Source of the DNA: an uncultured Pseudomonadota bacterium
GTDB lineage: Bacteria; Pseudomonadota; Alphaproteobacteria; Rs-D84
DNA length: 64,000 nt
Assembly: GCA_902788485.1 (NCBI GenBank)
Contig: CADAKI010000001.1
Coordinates: 114,226 to 178,225, forward strand
Direction: 5' to 3'
The notes below the pieces were generated by a model. It saw only the letters and a program-made list of their open reading frames with translations, did not search any database and was not told where the DNA came from. The stretch's first letter is position 1, and each line of letters opens with the position of its first letter. Of the stretch, positions 48,789 to 58,878 are shown in pieces. The position numbers were made by a program, and so were the translations under genes.

Positions 48789-51107
48789 ATGAAATGGACA
48801 TATGAATGGTTGCGCGAATATCTGGATACAGATTATACAGCCGAACAAATAGAGGAAACTTTAAATCGTATTGGTTTAGAGGTTGAAGAATTTTTCCCTG
48901 CGGTACCACCGATTGCGGCAAAAATTGTTGAATGTCGCCCACATGAAAACAGCGATCACTTGCATGTATTAATGGTTGACGATGGGTCCGGCAAATTGCG
49001 CCAGGTTGTATGTGGCGCGCCAAACGCACGCGCAGGGTTAATATCTGCGCTGGCGCGGCCAGGATGTGTTGTTGGCGGTGTTGAAATTCAACCTGGAAAA
49101 CTGCGTGGGGTTGTATCAAACGGCATGATGTGCAGTGAACACGAATTGGGAATTGGTGATGATGATGATGGCATTATGGAATTGCCAGATGATACAAAAA
49201 TTGGCGATGCAATCGCAGGCACCAATGTCAGCAGTGTTTTTGACACCGGAATCACGCCAAATCGCCCTGATTATTTGGCGGTGCGTGGGATTGCACTGGA
49301 TTTGGCGGCATGTTCCGTTGGGCGTTATATCGCAAAAACACCGATTACATTGGCGGAAAAACCGGGCGCACGCAGTGTGCAATTAATGTCTGACCGTTGT
49401 CCAACATATCGTATGGCGGAAATTCATGGTATAAAAAATGCGCCGTCAAACGCGAAAATTGCAAATCGGCTGTCTGCGGCGGGTATTAATCCGAAAAACG
49501 CGTGTGTGGATGCAACAAATTATATCTGTTATGATATGTCGCAACCCCTGCATTGTTTTGATGCAGACAAAGTCGATGGTCCAATCATCGTCCGCACGGC
49601 ACAAAATGGCGAGAAATTTACCGACCTGTTTGGTGCCACACACGAATTGACCGACAAAGATTTGGTTATCGCCGATATGTCGGGTGTTTTGGCACTGGCG
49701 GGAATTATTGGTGGTGCGCGTGCAATGACCACGGATGACACAAAAAATATTATTTTAGAATCTGCGTATTTTGAACCGGTGGGTATTCGTAAAACCGCAA
49801 AACGGTTGGGATTGTCAACCGATGCATCGTATCGATATGAACGCGGTATTGACCCAAATGTATCGGGACCCGCACTGGCGGCGGCGGCGCAAATTATAAT
49901 GGATGCATGTGGTGGTGAAATTGTGTCGGTTGTGAACGCCGGACGCACAGAATTTACACCGAACAAAATTGCATATAATCCGGCATTTTGCCTGCAACGG
50001 ACGGGTGTTGATATGCCGATTGATGCCCAACGCGAAATCCTAGAATCTTTACAGTTCGGTGTTGCCACCGGCAAAGGCGGCATTTGGACCATAACCCCAC
50101 GCAGTGCACGTGTTGATATGACGGCGCCTGAAAACATTGTGTCTGATTTAATCAGAATTTATGGTTATGATAAGGTGGGATTGTCAGGGATTGTTGAAAC
50201 AAAAAATGAAAACACCGATAAAATAGAATCGCGCGGATGCGTTGGATTAAAACGCCGTCTGGCAAATATGGGATTAAACGAAAACATATCGTTTGGTTTT
50301 GGTAATTCTAAAATAGACGGTATGTTGACCGACAAACCGATTATTCCGGTATCAAACCCAATCACGGTTGAATTTGATTGCATGCGGAATAATTTACTGG
50401 GGAATTTGTTGATTGCATTGACGGGCAACATCAAACGCGGATATCCAAATGTCGCAATGTTTGAATTGGGAACGGTATTCGATGGTGATATGCCGGGCGA
50501 CGAACATACGCAAATATGTATTGTGCGTTCGGGCGCAACATCGCCAAAACATTGGATGAAGCGCAATCGATACGTTGATGTGTTTGATGTAAAATCTGAT
50601 GTTTTGTCATTGATTGGAAATCAAAAATATACAATCGAAACAACCGACGCACCGAAATGGGCGCACCCATATAAATATGGCCGGATTACCCAAGGCCCCA
50701 AAAAGATTGCGGAATTTGGCGAATTGCATCCCAATATTGCGCATGCGTTGCACATCAAATCACCAACGGTTGTCGTGATTATTGATGATATAAAAAATCT
50801 GCCGGATGCGCCAAAACATGCAAAAACACCGATAACAGAATTTCAACCAATCACGCGTGATTTTGCGTTTGTGACGGAATCCAAATTCCCAGCGGAAAAA
50901 TTAGTAATGGCGGCGCGCGGTGTGGATAACCGTATTGGCGATGTGACAATATTTGATTCGTTCGATATGGGCGATGGAACAAAATCTGTGGCATTTACAA
51001 TCACGATTTATCCAACATCAAATATGGGCGATGCCGAATTGACCGAATTACAGAACAAGGTAATTACCGCGGTGACAACAAAATGCCACGCAACCCTACG
51101 CGCTTAA
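48789..51107 (+). CDS. pheT: Phenylalanyl-tRNA synthetase beta subunit
   Basis: 772 aa; N-terminal tRNA-binding OB fold, B3/4, B5 and FDX-ACB domains. Confidence 0.9.
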   Translation: MKWTYEWLREYLDTDYTAEQIEETLNRIGLEVEEFFPAVPPIAAKIVECRPHENSDHLHVLMVDDGSGKLRQVVCGAPNARAGLISALARPGCVVGGVEIQPGKLRGVVSNGMMCSEHELGIGDDDDGIMELPDDTKIGDAIAGTNVSSVFDTGITPNRPDYLAVRGIALDLAACSVGRYIAKTPITLAEKPGARSVQLMSDRCPTYRMAEIHGIKNAPSNAKIANRLSAAGINPKNACVDATNYICYDMSQPLHCFDADKVDGPIIVRTAQNGEKFTDLFGATHELTDKDLVIADMSGVLALAGIIGGARAMTTDDTKNIILESAYFEPVGIRKTAKRLGLSTDASYRYERGIDPNVSGPALAAAAQIIMDACGGEIVSVVNAGRTEFTPNKIAYNPAFCLQRTGVDMPIDAQREILESLQFGVATGKGGIWTITPRSARVDMTAPENIVSDLIRIYGYDKVGLSGIVETKNENTDKIESRGCVGLKRRLANMGLNENISFGFGNSKIDGMLTDKPIIPVSNPITVEFDCMRNNLLGNLLIALTGNIKRGYPNVAMFELGTVFDGDMPGDEHTQICIVRSGATSPKHWMKRNRYVDVFDVKSDVLSLIGNQKYTIETTDAPKWAHPYKYGRITQGPKKIAEFGELHPNIAHALHIKSPTVVVIIDDIKNLPDAPKHAKTPITEFQPITRDFAFVTESKFPAEKLVMAARGVDNRIGDVTIFDSFDMGDGTKSVAFTITIYPTSNMGDAELTELQNKVITAVTTKCHATLRA

Positions 51108-51109
51108 TT

Positions 51110-51197
51110 CCAAAGTTCAAAGTGCAGAGTTCAAATTGCAATAAATGAATTATTATTATTCATTATCTGAACTTTGCACTTTGAAAATTGCACTTTG
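51110..51197. repeat. Full-length palindromic element PE-3 (intergenic)
   Basis: Left arm ccaaagttcaaagtgcagagttcaaattgca, AT-rich palindromic centre aatgaattattattattcatt, right arm tctgaactttgcactttgaaaattgcactttg. Confidence 0.65.
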
Positions 51198-51199
51198 TT

Positions 51200-51460
51200 T
51201 TACAATGCCCGTTTCAAAAATTCGATAATTTCATTGTCTGATAATTTTAATACACGCAACCAACGAATAGTTTCCATAATATCCAGCCGTCGTTCGTATG
51301 TTTCAACGCGCCCAACACAACAATGTGTCACGCGCATTTTTTGTGCCAATTCGCGTTGGGTTAAACCGCGTTGTTTCCGTAATTCAACCATGCGGTCAAT
51401 CATATCGCGGTATTTGTCCTGAAAAATGGTCTTTTTATTAAAAATAAATTTTTTATTCAT
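51200..51460 (-). CDS. XRE-family (Cro/C1-type HTH) transcriptional regulator
   Basis: 86 aa; HTH LTQRELAQKMRVTHCCVGRVE. Confidence 0.7.
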   Translation of the reverse strand: MNKKFIFNKKTIFQDKYRDMIDRMVELRKQRGLTQRELAQKMRVTHCCVGRVETYERRLDIMETIRWLRVLKLSDNEIIEFLKRAL

Positions 51461-51486
51461 GATATCATTTTGATATCATATAACCC

Positions 51487-51515
51487 CTGAACTCAAATTG
51501 AGAACAAGGTATAAT
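51487..51515 (+). promoter_or_regulatory. Promoter module copy 1 (CTGAAC-17-TATAAT) with 11-bp palindrome ctcaaattgag in the spacer
   Basis: Near-identical to the module at 51780-51808; the palindrome is a candidate operator for the adjacent XRE regulator. Confidence 0.45.
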
Positions 51516-51558
51516 ACCTAGGTGTCAGGAAATAAAGGGGTTTGTATGAAAATATATT

Positions 51559-51621
51559 TTTACATGAAATAAAAGATGGTTGCATGGAATAAAAAGAGAT
51601 TACATGAAATGTAAAACAAGG
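51559..51621. repeat. Three tandem 21-bp iteron-like repeats (TTRCATGRAATRWAAARNNNN)
   Basis: ttacatgaaataaaagatggt / tgcatggaataaaaagagat / tacatgaaatgtaaaacaagg; further degenerate copies up to about 51700. Confidence 0.5.
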
Positions 51622-51779
51622 TTATATAAAAAATTTTTATTGTATTTATGTTAAATAAAATGATGTTACATAAAAACTCAATATGAGTTGCATTTTGTTA
51701 AATAAAATATTTTTTCTGATTTTCTTATTCGCTTATTAACTTGTTCGCTTGCAACAGCATTTATGATATCAAAAATACC

Positions 51780-51808
51780 TTGAACTCAAATTGAGAACAC
51801 GGTATAAT
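51780..51808 (+). promoter_or_regulatory. Consensus sigma70 promoter TTGAAC-17-TATAAT (module copy 2) driving the OMP gene
   Basis: Perfect spacing, same ctcaaattgag palindrome in the spacer; 26 nt upstream of ATG 51834. Confidence 0.6.
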
Positions 51809-51833
51809 GTCTATAGACAAAAAAGTGGAAAAT

Positions 51834-52616
51834 ATGAAAAAATTACCTTTGTTTATTTTTTGTATAATGTATATAACCCCAATAATGGCGGACGGCAAGT
51901 AGTATCCAATAAACAATCAAACTGTTAATAATGTGTATAAAAAACAAGATAAAGCAAAATACGATAACGATTCATTAAATACCAGAAAACAAAAATATAA
52001 AGATTTATCTAGTCGTCGATACGACACCAAAAAATATGAAACCAAACAACATCATAACAATGATGATATGAATATTTATATTGGCGCAAATATAAATTAC
52101 AATGTTATGTCTTATAATTCAGAAATGAGTTTACCGTATACAAAATTTCCTGAATCTTACTGGGGTGCTGGTGCGGAGTTAGGAATAAAATTTGGTGAAA
52201 AAAATAATAAATGGAACTGCGGTTTGCTTATAGCGTATGATTATTTATATGATAAAGAAATATACACGCTTGATTATCCAATTGCAAAAATTGGTTTTTC
52301 AAGTATAGGCATTGGTTTTGATAATTATATAGAAATATCAAATCAAGATAACAAAAGAACAGATTTTGTTTTAGGTGTTGGTATTGCGAAAGCAACAGAA
52401 AGGGCGTCTATAGATATTCCTGGATTTTATGATTTTTCTGGATATCACGAAAGTGAGTCTTTAAAAGATAATGTTTTTTTATTAAAACTTGGTGTAAACA
52501 CACAAATGACAGAAAATATGGATTGGTATATGAGTGCCAGATTTTTTATCCCTAAAAAAGACACAGGTATAGATTTTGTATCATCTGTTCAAACCGGAAT
52601 AAAGTTTAATTTTTAA
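51834..52616 (+). pseudogene. Outer-membrane beta-barrel (OmpA/Omp25/OmpW-like) gene interrupted by an in-frame TAG at 51900-51902, right after the signal peptide
   Basis: MKKLPLFIFCIMYITPIMADGK-TAG-YPINNQTVNNV-YKKQDK... is a single frame. C-terminus ..GIKFNF has the terminal aromatic of beta-barrel OMPs. Downstream ORF 51933..52616 has no signal peptide on its own. Confidence 0.55.
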
Positions 52617-53263
52617 CACTTTTTATCCGCTGCATTGCAAATATCAAACAATGGGCATGTTTCACATTTTGGGCGCAGTGCCGTGCAAGTATATCGCCCA
52701 AACAACACCATCACATGATTTGTAATTGCATGATATTTTGATGGGATTTTTTTGCGTAATTTTTCTTCGACTTTTTCCGGTGTATTGTCCGCCGCCCCAA
52801 CCCAACCATACCGATGAGCCAATCGAAACACATGCGTATCCACACCGATATTTGGTGCGCCCCATAAAACATTTGTTATAACATTTGCGGTTTTTTGACC
52901 AATGCCCGGTAATTTCATCAATTCATCACGTGTGTGATATTTATTTGGAAATTTCCAATCGGTGCCCTGCCCATCCGCCAAAATTTCCGCCAATTTGATG
53001 ATACTGTTTGCCTTGTTATTAAAAAAAGAAATAACCCGTATATGTTGCTTTAACCCATCAATCCCCAATTCCAACATTTTATTTGGTGTTGGCGCAATAC
53101 GGAATAATTCCGGTGTCACCTCGTTCACTTTTTTATCTGTTGCCTGGGCCGACAAAATCACCGCCACCGCAAAAGTGAAATCATTCACCGAATACAATTC
53201 CGACCGAATATTCATATTCAGATTTTGTGGAACGATTTCAAAAAACTTTTGCGGTGTTATCAT
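52613..53263 (-). CDS. nth: Endonuclease III
   Basis: HhH-GPD motif plus C-terminal 4Fe-4S cluster CTALRPKCETCPLFDIC. Confidence 0.9.
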   Translation of the reverse strand: MITPQKFFEIVPQNLNMNIRSELYSVNDFTFAVAVILSAQATDKKVNEVTPELFRIAPTPNKMLELGIDGLKQHIRVISFFNNKANSIIKLAEILADGQGTDWKFPNKYHTRDELMKLPGIGQKTANVITNVLWGAPNIGVDTHVFRLAHRYGWVGAADNTPEKVEEKLRKKIPSKYHAITNHVMVLFGRYTCTALRPKCETCPLFDICNAADKKC

Positions 53264-56200
53264 TTATGCTTTTTTGATATCTATTGCGAACGGATGACCT
53301 TCGATTTCGGTTGTAAATTGTGATGCCGCACCATGTGCCAAATCAACAATCAATGCATCGCGCATAATGCGGGCGTTATGCGTTGCAACCGCCGCAACGA
53401 TTTCATCATCACCCGAATAGACCATTTTTATTCTGTCCGACACATCCAGGCCGGCGCTTTTGCGCGAATCTTGGATGAAACGCAACGCATCGTTTGCCAA
53501 ACCCTCTTGTACCAATTCTGGCGTAATGGATGTATCCAGTACAACAACCATTGTGTTGTCTGGCAACGCGGCACCGGTGACACCATCGCGCACCGTCAGA
53601 CGATTTTCAAATTCATCTGCGTTTAATTGATATTCGCCGACAATCAATTTATCGCCATCAATTTTATAATTGCCTTGTTTAACGGCCGGCACAATTTCAC
53701 GCAACGCCGACCCCAAACGCGCGCCAATTTTCGGTGTGATTAAATACACAAACAAATCAGCAACCGTTGCAATATCCGCAACAAAATTAACAGATTTAAC
53801 ATTTAATTCATCACGAATTATGTCGTTGTATTCTTGCATATTTCCGCCGGCAATTGTGATTTGTTTCAACGGCAAACGATTACGCAGTTTGCATTGTTCG
53901 CGCAACTGTTTTCCGACCGACACAATCGATTGCACGCGGCGCATATCATCGACAATTTTGCGGTCAATGTTTTTTGCCACCGGCCAATCAGTTAAATGCA
54001 CAGATTCCGCACCGGTTAAATTTTTATAGATATATTCGGAAATAAACGGTGCGAACGGCGCCAACAATTTGCAAAATTCCGTCAACACATAATACAGTGT
54101 GTTAAACGCGTCCCTTTCTTCGTCCCAGAAACGCGCGCGTCCACGACGAATGTACCAGTTATTTAAAACATCCAAGAAACGCACAAATTCTTTGACGGCA
54201 ACATCCGGTTTATATTCGTCCAGTGCATCTGTTGTAATACGCACAACCTCGTTCAATTCGGCAACAATGTATTTATCCAACGGATTTGTTGATGTTGCAT
54301 CCGCCACCGCCGTAATATTTCCGGCATTTGCATACAATGTGAAAAAGTGATACGCGTTCCACAACGGTGTCAAAATAGTTTTGATTGTATCACCAAAAAC
54401 TTTGCCTTCTTTATCAACACCAACGGGTTCGGCCTTCATAAAATTACTGCCCAGTATGAATAGACGGATTGCGTCTGCGCCGTATGTTTCCAATTGTTCT
54501 GTTGGGTCAACAAAGTTTTGTAATGATTTTGAAAACTTGCGTTTGTTTTCATCAACAATCATACCGTTTGCCGATACAACGCGGAAAGCCGGTTTATCAA
54601 ATAACGCCACCGCGATAACCATCAACGCATAAAACCAGCCGCGTGTTTGGTCTTGCCCTTCGATAATATAATTTGCCGGGAAAGTTTTTTCGAACACGTC
54701 TTTGTTTTCAAACGGATAATGCAACGATGCAAATGGCATAGACCCCGATTCCACCCAGCAATCCAAAACATCCGTTATGCGGTGCCAACCGTCGCGTTCC
54801 AACGCGTCCAATGTTGGACGATGCAAATCATTTATTTTAACGCCGAAGAATTCTTCTAATTCGGCAATAGACCCAAATATTTTGTATTCGCCGTCCCGTT
54901 CCCAAATTGGTAATGGCACGCCCCAGAATCGATTGCGCGAAATACCCCATGGACGCGCATTTTCAATCCATGACATAAAACGATTACCGGCCGATGTCCA
55001 TGTGGTGTCGTTTTTTGTAATCTCGACCAAGCGTTCACGAATTTTTGGCACATCGATATACCATGCGTCGGTTGCACGATAAATCAGTTTTTCATGACTG
55101 CGTGGGCCAAACGGATAACTGTGCTTGTGCTGGTCTTTTTTAACCAAGCGACCCGTGCTGCGCAAGTGGTCTATGATTTTGGGGTTTGCGACGAATATAT
55201 TTTCACCCGCCCAATCACGCACCGTTGAATCAAAATTACCATAATCATCAACATTTAAAATGATTGGGAATTGTGGGTCAATCGCACGCGCAACAATATA
55301 GTCATCTTCGCCATATGCCGGTGCAATATGCACGATACCGGTACCGTCACTGTCGGATACATAATCACCTGAAATCACGGTATATAACCCATGTCCCGCC
55401 GCCGCCAAATCGGTATAATATGGGAATAACGGTTTATAATGCATACCAACCAATTCAGATCCCATAACCGTTCCCAAATTTTCAGAGTTTGCAAAAATCT
55501 TGTCATACGCTTTGACGCGCGATTCTGCCAACACATAAACATGCCCGTCATCGTGGCGCATACGAACATAGCGCATATTATTGTTCACCGCCAACGCAGA
55601 ATTCGCCGGCAATGTCCATGGTGTTGTTGTCCATGCAATCGCCCGATCGCCATTTTCCATTTCGAACCAAACCGTCACCGTATCATCAACGATATCTTGA
55701 TATTCACTTGATGCCTCGGAATTAGACAACACTGTTCCCAATTTCCAATCATATGGATTGACCTTGAAATCTTTATATAATAACCCTTTGTCGTATAATT
55801 GTTTCAATCCCCAAATCACAGATTCCATAAAATTTTTGTCCATGGTGCGATAACCTTTTTCATCACCACCATCAACCCAACGACCAATGCGTTCAAAATA
55901 ACGCAGCCACTCGTTCGAATATGTCATAACATCATTGCGACACAAATCGCAAAATGTTTCGATACCGTTTGTCGCAACAATATCTTTGGCACTGCGTCCT
56001 TGCTTTTTTTCCACCGAATTTTCCGCCGGCAACCCATGGCAATCCCACCCCAGTTCGCGTTCCACATATTCGCCACGCATGGTGTGGTATCTGCATACCA
56101 TATCTTTGACCGCCGATACACCCAAATGTCCCCAGTGTGGCAATCCGTTGGCAAACGGTGGGCCGTCATAAAAAGAAAACGGATGTCCCAACTTTGTTTT

Positions 56201-56302
56201 ATTCAAAGATTTATGGAAAATATCATCGCCGCGCCAAAATTCGATTACTTGGTGTTCTGTTGCCGAAAAGTCGGCCTTGGGTTCTGTTTTCGGGTATGCC
56301 AT
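53264..56302 (-). CDS. ileS: Isoleucyl-tRNA synthetase
   Basis: 1012 aa; HIGH-type PFANGLPHWGHL and KMSKS-type KFSKSL motifs, editing domain. Confidence 0.95.
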   Translation of the reverse strand: MAYPKTEPKADFSATEHQVIEFWRGDDIFHKSLNKTKLGHPFSFYDGPPFANGLPHWGHLGVSAVKDMVCRYHTMRGEYVERELGWDCHGLPAENSVEKKQGRSAKDIVATNGIETFCDLCRNDVMTYSNEWLRYFERIGRWVDGGDEKGYRTMDKNFMESVIWGLKQLYDKGLLYKDFKVNPYDWKLGTVLSNSEASSEYQDIVDDTVTVWFEMENGDRAIAWTTTPWTLPANSALAVNNNMRYVRMRHDDGHVYVLAESRVKAYDKIFANSENLGTVMGSELVGMHYKPLFPYYTDLAAAGHGLYTVISGDYVSDSDGTGIVHIAPAYGEDDYIVARAIDPQFPIILNVDDYGNFDSTVRDWAGENIFVANPKIIDHLRSTGRLVKKDQHKHSYPFGPRSHEKLIYRATDAWYIDVPKIRERLVEITKNDTTWTSAGNRFMSWIENARPWGISRNRFWGVPLPIWERDGEYKIFGSIAELEEFFGVKINDLHRPTLDALERDGWHRITDVLDCWVESGSMPFASLHYPFENKDVFEKTFPANYIIEGQDQTRGWFYALMVIAVALFDKPAFRVVSANGMIVDENKRKFSKSLQNFVDPTEQLETYGADAIRLFILGSNFMKAEPVGVDKEGKVFGDTIKTILTPLWNAYHFFTLYANAGNITAVADATSTNPLDKYIVAELNEVVRITTDALDEYKPDVAVKEFVRFLDVLNNWYIRRGRARFWDEERDAFNTLYYVLTEFCKLLAPFAPFISEYIYKNLTGAESVHLTDWPVAKNIDRKIVDDMRRVQSIVSVGKQLREQCKLRNRLPLKQITIAGGNMQEYNDIIRDELNVKSVNFVADIATVADLFVYLITPKIGARLGSALREIVPAVKQGNYKIDGDKLIVGEYQLNADEFENRLTVRDGVTGAALPDNTMVVVLDTSITPELVQEGLANDALRFIQDSRKSAGLDVSDRIKMVYSGDDEIVAAVATHNARIMRDALIVDLAHGAASQFTTEIEGHPFAIDIKKA

Positions 56303-56465
56303 ATTATTTACCTTTTGTGTTTTTTATATTAAAAACGGGCGCACATGCGCCCAGGCCATACGCCAAAGCGCACCGCCGATTATTTAATAATAATTATTGT
56401 TTTTTTGTTCATAACCAAAATATTAGTATATGTTTTTGCCCATTTCCAGTATTTTTTATAAAAAA

Positions 56466-56493
56466 TTGACATCTGTGTCATGTGTGCTATGTT
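56466..56493 (+). promoter_or_regulatory. Putative promoter TTGACA-16-TATGTT for the small membrane protein gene
   Basis: Perfect -35; followed by RBS AAGGTG and ATG 56514. Confidence 0.4.
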
Positions 56494-56513
56494 TTATATG
56501 TAAAAGGTGCAAT

Positions 56514-56825
56514 ATGAAGAAATCTAAAAATAAAAATCTGCAACAAATAAAAATAGAAAATTTCTTGATGGTGTCCACTGGCACGGCGGCGGGCGCGGTA
56601 TTGGCATTTATGATATCGTGGACCGTGCCGGTGACATCCGTGTTTGCTGCGAAAAAATCACATCAAAAATCTGGCAAATTTGGCGCGTTGGATTTTTTGT
56701 CTGCGTACGAGGCATGTTATCGTGATTCAATATATGATTTATCACAAATACCGTTCACGGCATATAATTGCTGTAAAGAACGCGCCAACCAACGCATCCA
56801 AGAATACCAATCAAAACAGAAATAA
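56514..56825 (+). CDS. Hypothetical 103-aa membrane protein
   Basis: TM FLMVSTGTAAGAVLAFMISWTV; no recognisable family. Confidence 0.4.
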   Translation: MKKSKNKNLQQIKIENFLMVSTGTAAGAVLAFMISWTVPVTSVFAAKKSHQKSGKFGALDFLSAYEACYRDSIYDLSQIPFTAYNCCKERANQRIQEYQSKQK

Positions 56826-56881
56826 AAAACAAATCTTGCCTTGAAAACAGCGAATATTTATTTTATACTGACACTCGCAAT

Positions 56882-56957
56882 GCCGGAATAGCTCAGCTGG
56901 TAGAGCATCTCATTCGTAATGAGGGGGTCGCAGGTTCAAGTCCTGTTTCCGGCACCA
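56882..56957 (+). tRNA. tRNA-Thr (CGU)
   Basis: GCCGGAATAGCTCAGCTGGTAGAGCATCTCATTCGTAATGAGGGGGTCGCAGGTTCAAGTCCTGTTTCCGGCACCA; canonical TTCAAGT T-loop. Confidence 0.8.
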
Positions 56958-56967
56958 CGAATAATTG

Positions 56968-57003
56968 TTAGCCCACACAAAAAAGTGTGGGCTTAAAATT
57001 TTT
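56968..57003 (+). terminator. Rho-independent terminator after tRNA-Thr
   Basis: agcccacac-aaaaaa-gtgtgggct followed by T-rich run. Confidence 0.6.
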
Positions 57004-57097
57004 CAGTGCCGCGGCGTAGCCCCTGTATTCAACGAAAAATATTTTAGTTGTTTTTACAATTTATTCTTTGAATTAAAGAACTGGCGAAGACGGGCAT

Positions 57098-57130
57098 AAA
57101 AAAACAGGGATTTTTGTCCCTGTTTTTTAT
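57098..57130. terminator. Bidirectional terminator downstream of mnmG
   Basis: aaaaaaacagggatttttgtccctgttttttat. Confidence 0.6.
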
Positions 57131-57134
57131 GTTT

Positions 57135-58784
57135 TTATTTATTCCCTGATTTAATTTTTCGCAAAACAACCATAATGCCGGCGGGGGTCATACCCGGTAT
57201 ACGCGACAATGCCGCGATGTTTTCCGGGCGCGTGCGCGTCAATTTTTCAATCAATTCGTTGGTCAGTCCCGGCAAATTATAATCCATATTGGCCGGTATT
57301 TTTATATCCATATCACGCGCGACAGCCGCCATTTCCCGCGCGTTGCGTTCGATGTATCCGGCATACATTTTGTCGTTTTCGCGAATTTCGTCGGCATGCA
57401 CCGCATATAATTTTTCAAAATCATCGGGTGATATCAAACCCAAATCTACACCCGTTTGCCCTAACCGCGCCACCGCATTATCCGCGCGCAGGTTTAATCG
57501 GTATTCCGCGCGTGATGTGAACATACGGTATGGCTCGTCCACACCAAGTGTTGTAATATCATCGATTAAAACACCAATCATAGAATTTATGCGTGTCAAT
57601 GCCAAAATCCCCAGATTTAATGCATATGCGGCGGCATTTGCACCCGCAACCATGCCTTGGGCGGCGGCTTCTTCATATCCAGATGTGCCATTGATTTGAC
57701 CCGCGAAAAATAATCCCGCGATATCTTTGGATTCCAATGTAGATTTTAATTTGCGTGCATCGATTGCATCGTATTCAATCGCATAACCATACCGCGCAAT
57801 GCGCGCATTTGCCAAGCCCGGGATGGTGCGAATCCATTTATCTTGGATATCGGCGCCAAACGAAGTCGAAATGCCATTTGGATAAATTAAATCACTGTTC
57901 AATCCCTCGGGTTCTAAAAAGACATGATGTGATGTGTGTTCGGGAAACCGCATAACTTTATCTTCCAAACTGGGGCAATAGCGCGGGCCGGTACCATGTA
58001 TGTCGCCATTATACATTGGGGCGTGTTCAATGTTTTTACGAATAATGTCGTGCGTTTCGCCCGTTGTATGCGTGATATAGCATTTTTCATTATAATTGTT
58101 ATTTTCATCGCCAAACATAAACCAATCGTGCGGATTGTCGCCGGGTTGTTCCTCTAACCCGGAAAAATCAATAGATTCGCGATATATACGCGCGGGTGTC
58201 CCGGTTTTTAACCGCATTAAATCAAACCCCGCATCGCGTAAAACACCGGAAATAAGTGTATCGTTTTCTTGGTATTCGCCGTCATCCATCAATCGGCCAG
58301 ATGGAATTTTTTCCGCACCCCGTGTCACCAACCCATGCATAAAGGTTCCGGTTGTTAAAATAATTGCGCGCGCGCTGAATGCATTGTTTACGGTCTTTTT
58401 TTGTAAATCTAAATCAAAAACTTTTTCAAAAACAACGGTTAAATTTGGCGTGTTTTGTAATATTTTCATTACCGCCGCATGATATAAATCACGGTCAATT
58501 TGTGCGCGCAATGCGCGTGTTGCCGCACCATGTGTCGCGTTCAGGGTGCGAAAATGAATACCCGCCACATCCGCCGCCCGTGGCATGACACCACCCAATG
58601 CCGCGATTTCAGATACCATTTGTGATTTACCCGGGCCACCGATTGATGGATTGCAACTCATTGCGCCAATATCAGATTCACGCATTGTTATCAATAAAGT
58701 GCGCGCCCCACGAAGCGCCGCGGCGCCCGCGGCCTCTACCCCGGCATGTCCCCCACCAATAACAATCACATCATATTCGGTCAC
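57135..58784 (-). CDS. mnmG: tRNA uridine 5-carboxymethylaminomethyl modification enzyme MnmG (GidA)
   Basis: FAD-binding N-terminus MTEYDVIVIGGGHAGVEAA; 549 aa. Confidence 0.9.
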   Translation of the reverse strand: MTEYDVIVIGGGHAGVEAAGAAALRGARTLLITMRESDIGAMSCNPSIGGPGKSQMVSEIAALGGVMPRAADVAGIHFRTLNATHGAATRALRAQIDRDLYHAAVMKILQNTPNLTVVFEKVFDLDLQKKTVNNAFSARAIILTTGTFMHGLVTRGAEKIPSGRLMDDGEYQENDTLISGVLRDAGFDLMRLKTGTPARIYRESIDFSGLEEQPGDNPHDWFMFGDENNNYNEKCYITHTTGETHDIIRKNIEHAPMYNGDIHGTGPRYCPSLEDKVMRFPEHTSHHVFLEPEGLNSDLIYPNGISTSFGADIQDKWIRTIPGLANARIARYGYAIEYDAIDARKLKSTLESKDIAGLFFAGQINGTSGYEEAAAQGMVAGANAAAYALNLGILALTRINSMIGVLIDDITTLGVDEPYRMFTSRAEYRLNLRADNAVARLGQTGVDLGLISPDDFEKLYAVHADEIRENDKMYAGYIERNAREMAAVARDMDIKIPANMDYNLPGLTNELIEKLTRTRPENIAALSRIPGMTPAGIMVVLRKIKSGNK

Positions 58785-58794
58785 TGTGTTCCCT

Positions 58795-58868
58795 TTTTAA
58801 TTTTCAAAGTTCAATTTATGTGTCCGCCGTCGGCGGACGGCATTATTTGATATTTGTACTTTGAACTT
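58795..58868. repeat. Full-length palindromic element PE-4 (intergenic)
   Basis: Arm caaagttcaa, GC-rich palindromic centre gtccgccg-t-cggcggac, arm ttgtactttgaactttgtactctga. Confidence 0.65.
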
Positions 58869-58878
58869 TGTACTCTGA

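Noticed and set aside
51545-51575. Tiny ORF MKIYFYMK downstream of promoter module copy 1
   Set aside because: Eight codons overlapping the iteron-like repeats; more parsimoniously it is part of the repeat array than a leader peptide, and it is not supported further.
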